Origin: an uncultured Alphaproteobacteria bacterium
Lineage (GTDB): Bacteria; Pseudomonadota; Alphaproteobacteria; Rs-D84
Length of the DNA stretch: 64,000 bases
NCBI GenBank assembly: GCA_905236005.1
Contig: CAJONJ010000019.1
Span: 5,999-69,998, forward strand
Direction of reading: 5' to 3'
In this document: positions 27,408 through 37,040 of the stretch, one piece after another
How positions within the stretch are numbered: position 1 is the first letter of the stretch
Layout: every line of letters starts with the position of its first letter
Program-made: the position numbers and the translations under genes
The notes under the pieces: model-generated
Databases searched by the model: none
Seen by the model: the letters and a program-made list of their open reading frames with translations, nothing else
What the model was told of the DNA's origin: nothing

Positions 27408-27416
27408 TGGTATATC
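27408..27416 (+). promoter_or_regulatory. Candidate extended -10 promoter for greA-mutL
   Basis: TTTTATGGTATATC: TG at 27408-27409, -10 TATATC at 27411-27416, 27 nt before the greA ATG. Confidence 0.35.
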
Positions 27417-27442
27417 TTTATGTGTAAAATTAAGGATTTGAT

Positions 27443-27913
27443 ATGGAACAGAAACCAATTTCACGTCAAGGCTTTGAAGCTTTGCGTCAAGAATTAAAAG
27501 ATTTACAAGAAAATCAACGCCCAGAAATATTGAAAGTTATAGAATGGGCTCGTTCGTTAGGCGATTTGTCAGAAAATGCTGATTACAGTGCAGCTAAGGA
27601 AAAACAACGTCATATTGATAAACGTATACAGTTTATACAGTCTATCATTGATAACGCACAAGTTGTTGATGTTGATTCTTTGTCTGGTAATCGGGTTGTT
27701 TTTGGTGCCAAGGTTTTAACAGAAGACCAAGACGGTAACAGAATGGAGTGTCGTATTTTATCAGATGTAGAATCTGATGGTCGTCAGGTTATATCTTGTT
27801 CGTCACCAGTAGGACGTGCTTTGATTGGGCATTGTGTTGGGGATACATGTGTTGTTAGATTACCAAGCGGTGAAAAAGAATTTGAAATCATAGATGTAAA
27901 ATTCAAGGACTAA
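27443..27913 (+). CDS. greA: Transcription elongation factor GreA
   Basis: 156 aa. GFEALRQELKDLQ..RPEI...I..AR..GDLSENADYSAAKE. Confidence 0.93.
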   Translation: MEQKPISRQGFEALRQELKDLQENQRPEILKVIEWARSLGDLSENADYSAAKEKQRHIDKRIQFIQSIIDNAQVVDVDSLSGNRVVFGAKVLTEDQDGNRMECRILSDVESDGRQVISCSSPVGRALIGHCVGDTCVVRLPSGEKEFEIIDVKFKD

Positions 27914-27914
27914 G

Positions 27915-29678
27915 ATGTCAATTCGTGTTTTGCCTGATTTTTTGATAAATCAAATTGCAGCAGGGGAGGTAGTAGAAAGACCTGCTAGTGTTGTCAAAGA
28001 ACTGGTGGAAAACGCATTGGATGCAGGTGCTGATCAGATAGTAATAGATGTTGTTGATGGTGGTCGGACGTTAATTTCTGTGATAGATAACGGCAAAGGA
28101 ATGTCCAAAGATGATTTAGCACATTGTGTTTTACGGCATGCTACATCTAAATTACCGACTGATGATTTACTGAATATTAACTTTATGGGTTTTCGTGGAG
28201 AAGCTTTGCCATCTATTGCATCTGTATCAGATATGTTTATAGATACATATAATAATCAGGATTCTAATGGGTGGTGTTTAAACGCAAATACAAATGAAAT
28301 AAAACCATCAGATTGGGAAAGCGGAACACGTATTCGGGTGAACAATTTGTTTGCAAATACACCAGCTAGATTAAAATTTTTGCGGACTGATAAAGCAGAA
28401 ATGTTGGGTATTATAGAAACTGTTAAACGTTTGGCAATGGGGCGGTCTGATGTTGGTTTTATATTAAATAACAAATGGTTTTTTCCAAAAAAACAAGATT
28501 TATTAGAACGTATCATTGCTGTTATGGGTGAAGATGTTCGTAATAATATGTTAAATGTAGATGCAAATTCTTCATCATCTAATATGCGTTTACATGGGTT
28601 TATTTCTCATCCGACTTTACGTCGTGCATCATCTGTGGATCAATATTTATTTGTAAACGGACGACCTGTAAAAGATAAAGTTTTGGTTGCTGCGTTACGT
28701 GCTGCATATATGGATGTCATGCATGCACGTGAATTTCCGCTGTGTGCATTATATTTAGAATTACCGACTTCATATGTTGATGTGAATGTGTCACCTGCAA
28801 AAACAGAGGTGCATTTTCTGGAACCAACACATGTTCGTGCTTTTATTATCAAGGCATTGCGTGATGCGTTATCAAAAACATTAAATCAAAATGTTTATGT
28901 GCAATCTGATTATACTGAACATAAAGATAAAATAGATAATACGAATTTTGAATTACCACATGTACAAACATTTTTCAAGACAGATAATATAAATATGTAT
29001 GCTAAAAATTTTGTTGCACAACCAAGTATGTACGACAAAAACAGCCGTATACAACAAAATGATGTAATTCATAACTCACAAGATTTATCTGCTGAGAATA
29101 AATCTGATTTTGATTTACCTTTGGGACATGTCATAGGTCAATTGTGTAATAAATATATATTGGCACAAAATCAAACAGGTTTAGTAATCATAGACCAACA
29201 TGCTGCACATGAGCGTATCACGTATGAAAAATTGAGATTACATACCATAAAAACACAGCCTTTGTTAGCACCAATAGTGGTGAATTTGCGAGAGGAAGAT
29301 GTTGAGGCTGTATTGACTGTAAATGAAGATTTAAGACGATGTGGTTTACATATTGATGCATTTGGTAATGATGCAATCGCTATATTTGAAAAACCAGCAG
29401 ATTGGGATTTGAATTGGGAACAATGTTTACATGAAATTGCTGATGAAGTGCGTGCGTATGGGCATTCTGCAAAATTACAGGAAAAATTGCATTTAAAATT
29501 AGCTAATTATGCGTGTCATCATTCTGTGCGGGCTGGACAGAAGTTAGATTATGAACAAATGAATGCTTTGTTGCGTGATATAGAACAGACAGAAAGGGGT
29601 GCAGAATGCAATCATGGTCGCCCCGTTTATAAAATTATAAGCTTGTCGGAATTAGATGCCATGTTTGAACGGATATAG
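27915..29678 (+). CDS. mutL: DNA mismatch repair protein MutL
   Basis: 587 aa. IRVLPDFLINQIAAGEVVERPASVVKELVENALDAGA and C-terminal QHAAHERI. Confidence 0.93.
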   Translation: MSIRVLPDFLINQIAAGEVVERPASVVKELVENALDAGADQIVIDVVDGGRTLISVIDNGKGMSKDDLAHCVLRHATSKLPTDDLLNINFMGFRGEALPSIASVSDMFIDTYNNQDSNGWCLNANTNEIKPSDWESGTRIRVNNLFANTPARLKFLRTDKAEMLGIIETVKRLAMGRSDVGFILNNKWFFPKKQDLLERIIAVMGEDVRNNMLNVDANSSSSNMRLHGFISHPTLRRASSVDQYLFVNGRPVKDKVLVAALRAAYMDVMHAREFPLCALYLELPTSYVDVNVSPAKTEVHFLEPTHVRAFIIKALRDALSKTLNQNVYVQSDYTEHKDKIDNTNFELPHVQTFFKTDNINMYAKNFVAQPSMYDKNSRIQQNDVIHNSQDLSAENKSDFDLPLGHVIGQLCNKYILAQNQTGLVIIDQHAAHERITYEKLRLHTIKTQPLLAPIVVNLREEDVEAVLTVNEDLRRCGLHIDAFGNDAIAIFEKPADWDLNWEQCLHEIADEVRAYGHSAKLQEKLHLKLANYACHHSVRAGQKLDYEQMNALLRDIEQTERGAECNHGRPVYKIISLSELDAMFERI

Positions 29679-29743
29679 TAGGTTTTTGCTTTACATATCG
29701 TTGTTTTTTTACTACTGTTGTCTTATAAAAAAGGAGATTATTC

Positions 29744-30055
29744 ATGAATCAAACATCAGAAGCTGTTAATCAAATTGGACAAAATGTTGCACAACAACAG
29801 GGCAGTTTTGCTGGAATGTTGGTGTATTGTTTGGTTATTTTTGGAATACTGTATTTCTTTATGATACGTCCAAATAAAAAGCGTATGGCAGAATATCAAA
29901 AAATGTTAGACAGTATAAAAGTTGGCAATCGTGTAATGGCTGCTGGTATTTACGGTAAAGTCAAAAAAGTTAACGAAAAGACAATTGAATTAGAAATCGC
30001 AAAAGGTGTTGTTATTGAAGTAAATAAAAATGCTGTTGCGGGTATAGAACAATAG
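29744..30055 (+). CDS. yajC: Preprotein translocase subunit YajC
   Basis: 103 aa. One TM segment followed by FFMIRPNKKRMAEYQKMLDSIKVGNRVMAAGIYGKV. Confidence 0.85.
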   Translation: MNQTSEAVNQIGQNVAQQQGSFAGMLVYCLVIFGILYFFMIRPNKKRMAEYQKMLDSIKVGNRVMAAGIYGKVKKVNEKTIELEIAKGVVIEVNKNAVAGIEQ

Positions 30056-30061
30056 CGGGGT

Positions 30062-31627
30062 GTGTTTATGTTTAAAAAATTAGCAGTTATATTTGTTGCG
30101 TTGTTTGGTATATTGTTGGCGGTTCCGACATTGTCACCATCGTTGGCACCATATTTTCCATCTTGGATAAAACCAATTCCGTTGGGGTTGGATTTAAAAG
30201 GTGGTGCTCAGTTGTTATTAGAAGTTGATACAGATGTTATGTTAAAAGAAAAATCTGCACAATTGTATGATGAAGTGCGTTCTGCAATGATAGATCGTGA
30301 CAAAGGTGTTATTCGTTTTTCTGATTTACGTAACACTGGTAATGGTGTCAGTTTGGTTGTTAAAGACAGTGCAGATGTATCAAAGGCTAAGGGGCGTTTG
30401 AAGAAGCTGTTGGGAACCAATGTGGATATTTCTTCTAATGGTAAAAATCTTGATGTTGCTTATACGACAAAGGCTCGTGATGAAATGATTATGGATGCGA
30501 TGTCACGCAGTATAGAAATTGTTCGCAGACGTATTGATGCTTTGGGAACCAAGGAACCTTCTATTCAATCTCAGGGTGGAAAGTACATTTTGGTTCAATT
30601 ACCTGGTGTTAGTGAACCAGAACATATTAAAAATTTGATTGGTCAAACAGCCAAAATGTCTTTTCATTTGGTTAATGAAAATATAACTGCTGAACAATTG
30701 ATGTCTGGTCGTGCACCATCTGGGACAATGTTTTTATCTTATATGGAAAATCCAGAACAAAAAGTTGCTGTATACAGCAGAATAGAGGTGTCAGGGGACA
30801 GTTTAAAAAATTCAGAGGCTTCATTTGATCAAAATAATATGCCTGTGGTGACTACTGAATTTGATGCATCTGGAACACGTAGATTTGCAAAATTAACAAC
30901 GGAACATGTTAATGAACGTTTTGCAATTGTATTAGATGACAAAGTTTTGTCTGCACCAACGATTCGTGAACCAATTCCTGGGGGGCGTGGTCAAATTTCT
31001 GGTGGGTTCACATTGCAAGGCGCCAAAGATTTAGCTGTATTGTTGCGTTCAGGGGCTTTGCCTGCACCGTTATCAGTAATAGAAGAAAGGACAGTTGGTG
31101 CTGGTTTGGGTGCTGATACAATTGCTACTGGTAAAATTGGTTCTGTTGTTGGTGTGATATTTATTTTGGCATTCATGTTGATGCTGTATGGAATCTTTGG
31201 ATTTATCGCTGATGTGGTATTGATTGTCAATTTGTTAATGATAGTTGGTGTATCTGCTTTGTTTGGTGCAACACTTACATTGCCTGGTATTGCGGGTATC
31301 GTATTAACATTGGGTATGGCTGTGGATGCTAATATATTGCCATTTGAAAGAATCCGTGATGAAGTTCGGGCAGGGGTTCCAACATTAAAAGCTGTTGATT
31401 ATGGGTTTACTCGTTCAACCAAGACGGTGATGGATGGTGAATTAACGAATTTGATTTGTGCTTTGATTTTGTTCCAATTTGGTGCTGGTCCAATTCGTGG
31501 TTTTGCTGTTACTTTGTCAATTGGGGTAATGACTACGTTGTTCACTTGTTTGGCACTGACACGTGTGTTGGTTGATTGTTATATGAATGGCAAAAGTAAA
31601 AAAATTGGTTTTATAAGAAATAAATAA
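30062..31627 (+). CDS. secD: Protein translocase subunit SecD
   Basis: 521 aa. GLDLKGGAQLLLEVD and a C-terminal 6-TM SecDF core. The track start is a GTG; the ATG at 30068 is an alternative. Confidence 0.93.
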   Translation: MFMFKKLAVIFVALFGILLAVPTLSPSLAPYFPSWIKPIPLGLDLKGGAQLLLEVDTDVMLKEKSAQLYDEVRSAMIDRDKGVIRFSDLRNTGNGVSLVVKDSADVSKAKGRLKKLLGTNVDISSNGKNLDVAYTTKARDEMIMDAMSRSIEIVRRRIDALGTKEPSIQSQGGKYILVQLPGVSEPEHIKNLIGQTAKMSFHLVNENITAEQLMSGRAPSGTMFLSYMENPEQKVAVYSRIEVSGDSLKNSEASFDQNNMPVVTTEFDASGTRRFAKLTTEHVNERFAIVLDDKVLSAPTIREPIPGGRGQISGGFTLQGAKDLAVLLRSGALPAPLSVIEERTVGAGLGADTIATGKIGSVVGVIFILAFMLMLYGIFGFIADVVLIVNLLMIVGVSALFGATLTLPGIAGIVLTLGMAVDANILPFERIRDEVRAGVPTLKAVDYGFTRSTKTVMDGELTNLICALILFQFGAGPIRGFAVTLSIGVMTTLFTCLALTRVLVDCYMNGKSKKIGFIRNK

Positions 31628-31646
31628 AAATGCGAAGGAGTTATTT

Positions 31647-32510
31647 ATGAAACTGCATTTTATGAAATATCGTAAATTGTCATACTGGGTGTCTGGTATC
31701 TGTATTTTATTATCTGTGTTATCTATCATATTTAAAGGGTTTAATTATGGTATAGATTTTTCTGGTGGTATTGCTATGGAAATAACACCGGTTAATGCTG
31801 ATTATACAGTTGATAAGATGCGTCATGATTTAGAGGCTTTTAAACCAGAATTGCAATCTATTGATGGTGGTTCTGTGTTGTTACGTGTTGGTTTACCAAA
31901 GGGTTCTACTGATGAACAGCAAAACATCAGGGTAGCGGAAATAAAAAATATTTTGGGTAATCGTGTAGAATATTCACAAATTCAAGTCGTGGGTCCGAAA
32001 ATTGGTGGTGAATTGATACGTGGTGGTGTGTTGGCTATATTGGTATCATTTGTGTTGATGGCTGTGTATATTTGGATTCAGTATCGTGGTGGTTATGCGG
32101 TTGGTTCATTTGTATCTTTGATATTAGATTTGATTTTAATGTTTGGTTTCTTTTCTATTATGGGATTAGAATTTAATCAAACCGCAATTGCTGTTATTTT
32201 GATGGGGGTTGGATATTCTATAAACGATAAAGTTGTAAATTATGACAGAATAGATGAAAACCTTAAAAAATATCACAAAATGCATACAGATGATTTAATT
32301 GATTTATCTGTAAATGAAATGTTATACAGAACTGTTATGACCAGTGTTTCTACAATTTTGGCTATGGTTGGAATTTACATTTTTGGTGGTCAGATGTTGC
32401 GTGAATTTGCGATTGCTATGACGTTTTCAATTGTGATGGGAACATTGACCAGTATTTATATTTCTAATGTTATTTTGTATCACTTTAATTTAAGAGATAC
32501 AGAATATTAA
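31647..32510 (+). CDS. secF: Protein translocase subunit SecF
   Basis: 287 aa. GIDFSGGI motif and SecDF TM core. GAAGGAG RBS. Confidence 0.92.
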   Translation: MKLHFMKYRKLSYWVSGICILLSVLSIIFKGFNYGIDFSGGIAMEITPVNADYTVDKMRHDLEAFKPELQSIDGGSVLLRVGLPKGSTDEQQNIRVAEIKNILGNRVEYSQIQVVGPKIGGELIRGGVLAILVSFVLMAVYIWIQYRGGYAVGSFVSLILDLILMFGFFSIMGLEFNQTAIAVILMGVGYSINDKVVNYDRIDENLKKYHKMHTDDLIDLSVNEMLYRTVMTSVSTILAMVGIYIFGGQMLREFAIAMTFSIVMGTLTSIYISNVILYHFNLRDTEY

Positions 32511-32546
32511 AATATAAAAATAAAATAAAGGAAGGAGAAACACATA

Positions 32547-34046
32547 ATGAATTTAAAACATATCTTTTTATGTGTGGGGATTTTCTTGTTTCCATTTGTT
32601 GGTGTGTGTTCCGATGTAAACACAGAAACAATCAAAAATGATAAAGATGCAGTCAGAATATCAGAAGTGTTTTCTGATATTTATGAAAAATTAGATGGTG
32701 TGAATTGGGCTGGTAAAAATATAGATGTGGCGATTGAAAGTTTAGAATCATTGAATCCAAAGGCCCATATAGCAGCAACTGGTGAACGAATCGTTTTGGT
32801 ATGGGGTGATGAATTAATTGCTAATTATCCATACCCCCAAAGTAAAGATTGGCAAGAATATGGTAAAATCACAACAGCTTTGGTAATGCGTATGCAAGAA
32901 AAAGATGATAATTTACGTTCTTTGTCTGATGCACAATTATACGAAGTGGTGGTAAATGCTTTATTGTCCGGAATTGATGAAAACGGCAGTTATATTTATT
33001 CCAAAGATGCACTAAGTGATGATAATAAAATATTAACCAGTATAGGTTTAGATGGTGGACGTGATGAACGTGGTAATTTCAGAATTACGGGTGTTTTTAA
33101 AGATTCTCCTGCGGATATTGCTGGTTTACACGAAGGCGATATTATTTCTGAAATAAATGGCAAACGTGTATCTAAAATGACTGATGGTGATATTTCTGCT
33201 GTGTTGGCAGGGTATAATTCTGGAACATCAAAATTAAAAGTGTTAACTCCGCTTGGAAACAAAAATATTACTTTACGACGGGCGACTGTGGTTTTGGCGG
33301 ATGCGGATATAATATATCGTGGTGCCAACGACACAACAAAGGGATTATTAGAGATAATTGTTCATAAAATATCCGAAGGTGCAGTTGACATAGTGAATGA
33401 AGCTTTGGTAAAACACGCAGATGTTGAAGGAATTGTATTGGATTTGCGAACAACTGTGGGGGATAATGAAAAAGCTGCTGCAAAAATGGCTGGTTTGTTT
33501 TTGGGTAAAAAACCTGTGATGCGTATAGTAGAAACTGCGGCTGATGAATTAGAAATTGTTCCTGGTGGCGATGCTGTAACAGAAGTTCCTGTGGTTGTTT
33601 TGATATCTGATACAACACGTGGTACAGCAGAAGCAGTCGCTGCGGCTTTTTATGAAAATAAACGCGGGGTTGTTATTGGAACCCCCAGTGCAGGGCATTC
33701 CAGGATAGCAAGCCTGATTGATTTGAAAAATGGTGGTGTGTTGGAATTGTTTAATAAATCTGTAAAAACAGGTTCTGGTAATGTGTTAGATGGACGTGGT
33801 GTGTTTCCATTAGTGTGTTTGTCTAATATCAGAAACGAATCGCAACAAGATGCATTTTTTGTAAATGTTATGAATGGTGATTTTAATGCACACGATTATA
33901 ACAAAGATTCAAAAGTAAATGTAAAAGCTTTGCGAAAAGCTTGCCCAAAAATAACAAGTGGTGCAGATGAAGATAATATTTCTACTGCTGTCAGTGTAAA
34001 AATTTTGACAGATAAGAAAATATATAAAGAACTAATGGATTTATAA
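32547..34046 (+). CDS. S41 (CtpA/Prc-like) PDZ-domain protein, apparently lacking the Ser/Lys catalytic dyad
   Basis: 499 aa with a signal peptide. PDZ segment (ITGVFKDSPADIAGLHEGDIISEINGKRV) and S41 core layout (GIVLDLR..., VVVLISDTTRGTAEAVAAAF, VVIGTPSAGHS). The dyad positions read Gly and His. Confidence 0.7.
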   Translation: MNLKHIFLCVGIFLFPFVGVCSDVNTETIKNDKDAVRISEVFSDIYEKLDGVNWAGKNIDVAIESLESLNPKAHIAATGERIVLVWGDELIANYPYPQSKDWQEYGKITTALVMRMQEKDDNLRSLSDAQLYEVVVNALLSGIDENGSYIYSKDALSDDNKILTSIGLDGGRDERGNFRITGVFKDSPADIAGLHEGDIISEINGKRVSKMTDGDISAVLAGYNSGTSKLKVLTPLGNKNITLRRATVVLADADIIYRGANDTTKGLLEIIVHKISEGAVDIVNEALVKHADVEGIVLDLRTTVGDNEKAAAKMAGLFLGKKPVMRIVETAADELEIVPGGDAVTEVPVVVLISDTTRGTAEAVAAAFYENKRGVVIGTPSAGHSRIASLIDLKNGGVLELFNKSVKTGSGNVLDGRGVFPLVCLSNIRNESQQDAFFVNVMNGDFNAHDYNKDSKVNVKALRKACPKITSGADEDNISTAVSVKILTDKKIYKELMDL

Positions 34047-34714
34047 TGTTTGTAAGAAAAGATAACAATATTATTTGGTCTCGTGTTTTATTAGGCGGTT
34101 TTATTACAGCGATATTGGTTGGGGTTGGTATATTGTGGGCTGATAAAATATTGTATTCATTATTTACTAGTCATAATTGTTGGTCGTTGAGTAATGGTTG
34201 GTTGTGTTCGGTTGCTTTGATTTTTGGAAAAATATTTAGCCCAAAAATTTGGTTGGTTACATCAGCATTATCTGTGTTATTTTTCTTTATATACAAAGCG
34301 ATTCGTAATGAATTTGATTTTAGATATGCTTTTGTAAAAATCAAAAACAGTTATGTTTTTTATGTGTTCTGTTCTGTCGTTTTAGCATTTATAACAACTG
34401 GTTTTTTAAAGGTTTTAATTGGTCGGTCTAGACCATTTGTTTTAGGAAATCCGTATTTTGCACCATGGAATTTTGAAAGTGTTGTTCATTCTATGCCGTC
34501 CGGTCATACTACGATCAGTTTTGCTGCATTGATAATGATAGGTATGTTATTTCCACGTATTAAATGGGCAACATGGACACTGGCAATAGCAATTGGGTTA
34601 TCTCGTATTTATGTCTGCGCACATTGGGGCAGTGACGTTGTGCTTGGGGCTTTTGTTGGTATGTTGTGTGCAGACATTGTTAAATCATGGCTGAAAAAAA
34701 TAAATACCAAATGA
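34046..34714 (+). CDS. PAP2-family lipid phosphatase
   Basis: 222 aa. Canonical PAP2 motifs KVLIGRSRP, PSGHT, SRIYVCAHWGSDV. The start overlaps the upstream stop (TAATG). Confidence 0.8.
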   Translation: MFVRKDNNIIWSRVLLGGFITAILVGVGILWADKILYSLFTSHNCWSLSNGWLCSVALIFGKIFSPKIWLVTSALSVLFFFIYKAIRNEFDFRYAFVKIKNSYVFYVFCSVVLAFITTGFLKVLIGRSRPFVLGNPYFAPWNFESVVHSMPSGHTTISFAALIMIGMLFPRIKWATWTLAIAIGLSRIYVCAHWGSDVVLGAFVGMLCADIVKSWLKKINTK

Positions 34715-34753
34715 TTTTTGCACTTTTGATGAATTTATGATAAAATACCCCGT

Positions 34754-36967
34754 ATGGAGAAAAAGGCACAATTTTTACCAGCTAGTATGGCTGCTATGTT
34801 ACGAAATTTATTGTTACGTAGCAGCGGTATTTTGTTGTGTTTTTTATCGTTATTGTTGGTGTTTGGTTTGTTGTTTTTTAATCCGTATTTGTCTGGTTTT
34901 GGAATACAAAGTTCATTTGGAAATCATGGAATAATTGGTTTAGTTGTTGGGTTTGTACGGTTTGTTGTTGGCTGCATACCTGCATTATTTTTATTTTTGT
35001 GTTTGGGCAGATTTGGTTTAAGCATTTTAATTGGTTGGGATGAAGAAAGAGCACCAGAATATAATTTTTTACGTGGGTTCGTTACTTTGTGTATTGGTTC
35101 TGCTGGGTTGGGATTGATTGCTGTTAATAATACCTATGGCGGGTTGTTTGGTTCTGTGGTAGCGGCTGATGTTGGACCAGTTTTATCTGTGGCTGTTGTG
35201 CCAGTTGGGATTATTTTGACAGGCCTGTTTGTTGTTATGGCTGGTATTTTATTACATGTGAAATGGTATCATGTTAAAAATGCGATTCATACAACTGTGC
35301 GGTTGACACGTGTGGTTTTGTCTGCATTTCATTTAATCGCACCATTGGAACCTGATGAAGACGAAGAAGTTACAGAAGATGTCGCAGATGATGAAGAAGA
35401 AGTAGAAGAAGAAAAACCAAAGCCTAGACGTAAACGTGCTGTTCGTAAAGTTAAAGTTGAAGATGAAGAAGAGGAAGAAGAACACGAATATGAATTACCG
35501 AATCCAGAATTATTAGAAAAATCTGTATTTGGTAAAAATGTAATTACACCTGAATTTAAACAGACTGCACAGTTGTTACAGGATCATTTTGAAGAATTTG
35601 GTATTCGTGGCAAAGTTGTTGGTATTAAACCTGGACCAATCGTAACACAATATGAATTTGAACCAGAACCAGGAACACGTATTGCAAAGGTTACTGAGAC
35701 GGCCAGTGATATGACCCGTGCGATGGCTACGGAAAAAATTCGTATTACACCAATTCCTGGTACACAGTATATCGGTATAGAAATGGTAAATTTAGACCGA
35801 AAAACTGTCAGATATCAGACATTGATGTCTAATCCAATGTTTGTAAATTCTAAGTATGCAATACCGCTGGCATTGGGGGTAAATATCAGTGGTGATGCGA
35901 TGTATTATGATTTGGCAAAAATGCCACACATGATGATTGCAGGGCGAACTGGTTCGGGTAAATCTGTATTCGTGCAATCTATTATTACGTCTATTGTGTA
36001 TCATTTTACACCAGATAAATGCAAATTGATGATTGTGGATCCAAAGGGTGTGGATTTTGCTGCATGGGAAAATGTGCCTCATTTAATAACACCTGTGTTG
36101 ACTGATGCTGCTGAATCTGTAAATGCGTTAAAATGGTCTGTGCGTGATATGGAAGAACGGTACAAGATGTTGAAAAAATTGGGTGTGCGTAATATTGGTG
36201 AATACAATGCCAAAGTGGCTTCGTTACGTGATTCTGGTCAGGTTTTAACCGAACAAGTTGTTGTTGGTACGGACGAAGAAACTGGTGAATTTGAATACGA
36301 AACCAAAGAAATAGATTTATCAGATATGCCATATCTGGTCATTATTATTGACGAGGTGGCAGATTTAATGACTATAGCTCGTAAGGATGTGGAAATGTGC
36401 GTGCAGCGTTTAGCACAAAAGGCACGTGCTGCAGGTATTCATTTGGTTATGGCAACTCAGCGTCCGTCTGCAGATGTTATTACTGGGGTTATTAAGGCGA
36501 ATTTCCCAACACGTATTTCTTTCCAAGCACGCAGTAACATTGATTCTATGACAACATTAGGTGAAAAAGGTGCAGAACAATTGTTACCTTGTGGTGATAT
36601 GTTGTTCAGTGAAGCAGGGCGACCACCTGTGCGTATACATGGTGCGTTTATAGATAATTCAGAAGTAAATCGTGTTGCAGATTTTTTGCGTGAACAAGGT
36701 GAACCAGAATATACAGAAGGCATCACCGCTGAAGACACATCGGATGATAGTGTGATGCCTGGTATGCCACCATCTAAGGCTGCTAAATCAGAAGATTTAT
36801 ACGAACAGGCCAAAGAAATTGTATTGCGTGATAAAAAACCAACAATTTCCTATATTCAACGTCGGCTAGGAATAGGGTATAACAAAGCGGCTACATTAAT
36901 TGAACGTATGGAATCAGACGGTATTATCAGCAGTCCAGATGCATCTGGTAAAAGACATATTTTATAA
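34754..36967 (+). CDS. ftsK: DNA translocase FtsK
   Basis: 737 aa. N-terminal TM domain, acidic/basic linker, motor domain (AGRTGSGKSV, IIIDEVADLM) and a gamma winged-helix domain (ISYIQRRLGIGYNKAATLIERME). Confidence 0.95.
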   Translation: MEKKAQFLPASMAAMLRNLLLRSSGILLCFLSLLLVFGLLFFNPYLSGFGIQSSFGNHGIIGLVVGFVRFVVGCIPALFLFLCLGRFGLSILIGWDEERAPEYNFLRGFVTLCIGSAGLGLIAVNNTYGGLFGSVVAADVGPVLSVAVVPVGIILTGLFVVMAGILLHVKWYHVKNAIHTTVRLTRVVLSAFHLIAPLEPDEDEEVTEDVADDEEEVEEEKPKPRRKRAVRKVKVEDEEEEEEHEYELPNPELLEKSVFGKNVITPEFKQTAQLLQDHFEEFGIRGKVVGIKPGPIVTQYEFEPEPGTRIAKVTETASDMTRAMATEKIRITPIPGTQYIGIEMVNLDRKTVRYQTLMSNPMFVNSKYAIPLALGVNISGDAMYYDLAKMPHMMIAGRTGSGKSVFVQSIITSIVYHFTPDKCKLMIVDPKGVDFAAWENVPHLITPVLTDAAESVNALKWSVRDMEERYKMLKKLGVRNIGEYNAKVASLRDSGQVLTEQVVVGTDEETGEFEYETKEIDLSDMPYLVIIIDEVADLMTIARKDVEMCVQRLAQKARAAGIHLVMATQRPSADVITGVIKANFPTRISFQARSNIDSMTTLGEKGAEQLLPCGDMLFSEAGRPPVRIHGAFIDNSEVNRVADFLREQGEPEYTEGITAEDTSDDSVMPGMPPSKAAKSEDLYEQAKEIVLRDKKPTISYIQRRLGIGYNKAATLIERMESDGIISSPDASGKRHIL

Positions 36968-37004
36968 AATTCTTTATTTTTGGCTTTTTCTCTATGTTTT
37001 TTTA

Positions 37005-37013
37005 TGATATAAT
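37005..37013 (+). promoter_or_regulatory. Extended -10 promoter for the outer-membrane-protein gene pair
   Basis: TGATATAAT inside tttttttatgatataat. This 17-mer also occurs at 62684-62700. Confidence 0.45.
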
Positions 37014-37040
37014 ATGCCTATAAATGAAAGGAGTTTTTTT

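Noticed and set aside
34737-34934. 65-aa ORF overlapping the ftsK start
   Set aside because: It is out of frame with ftsK and has a Cys/Tyr/Val-rich nonsense-like translation. The ftsK N-terminal TM domain accounts for the region.
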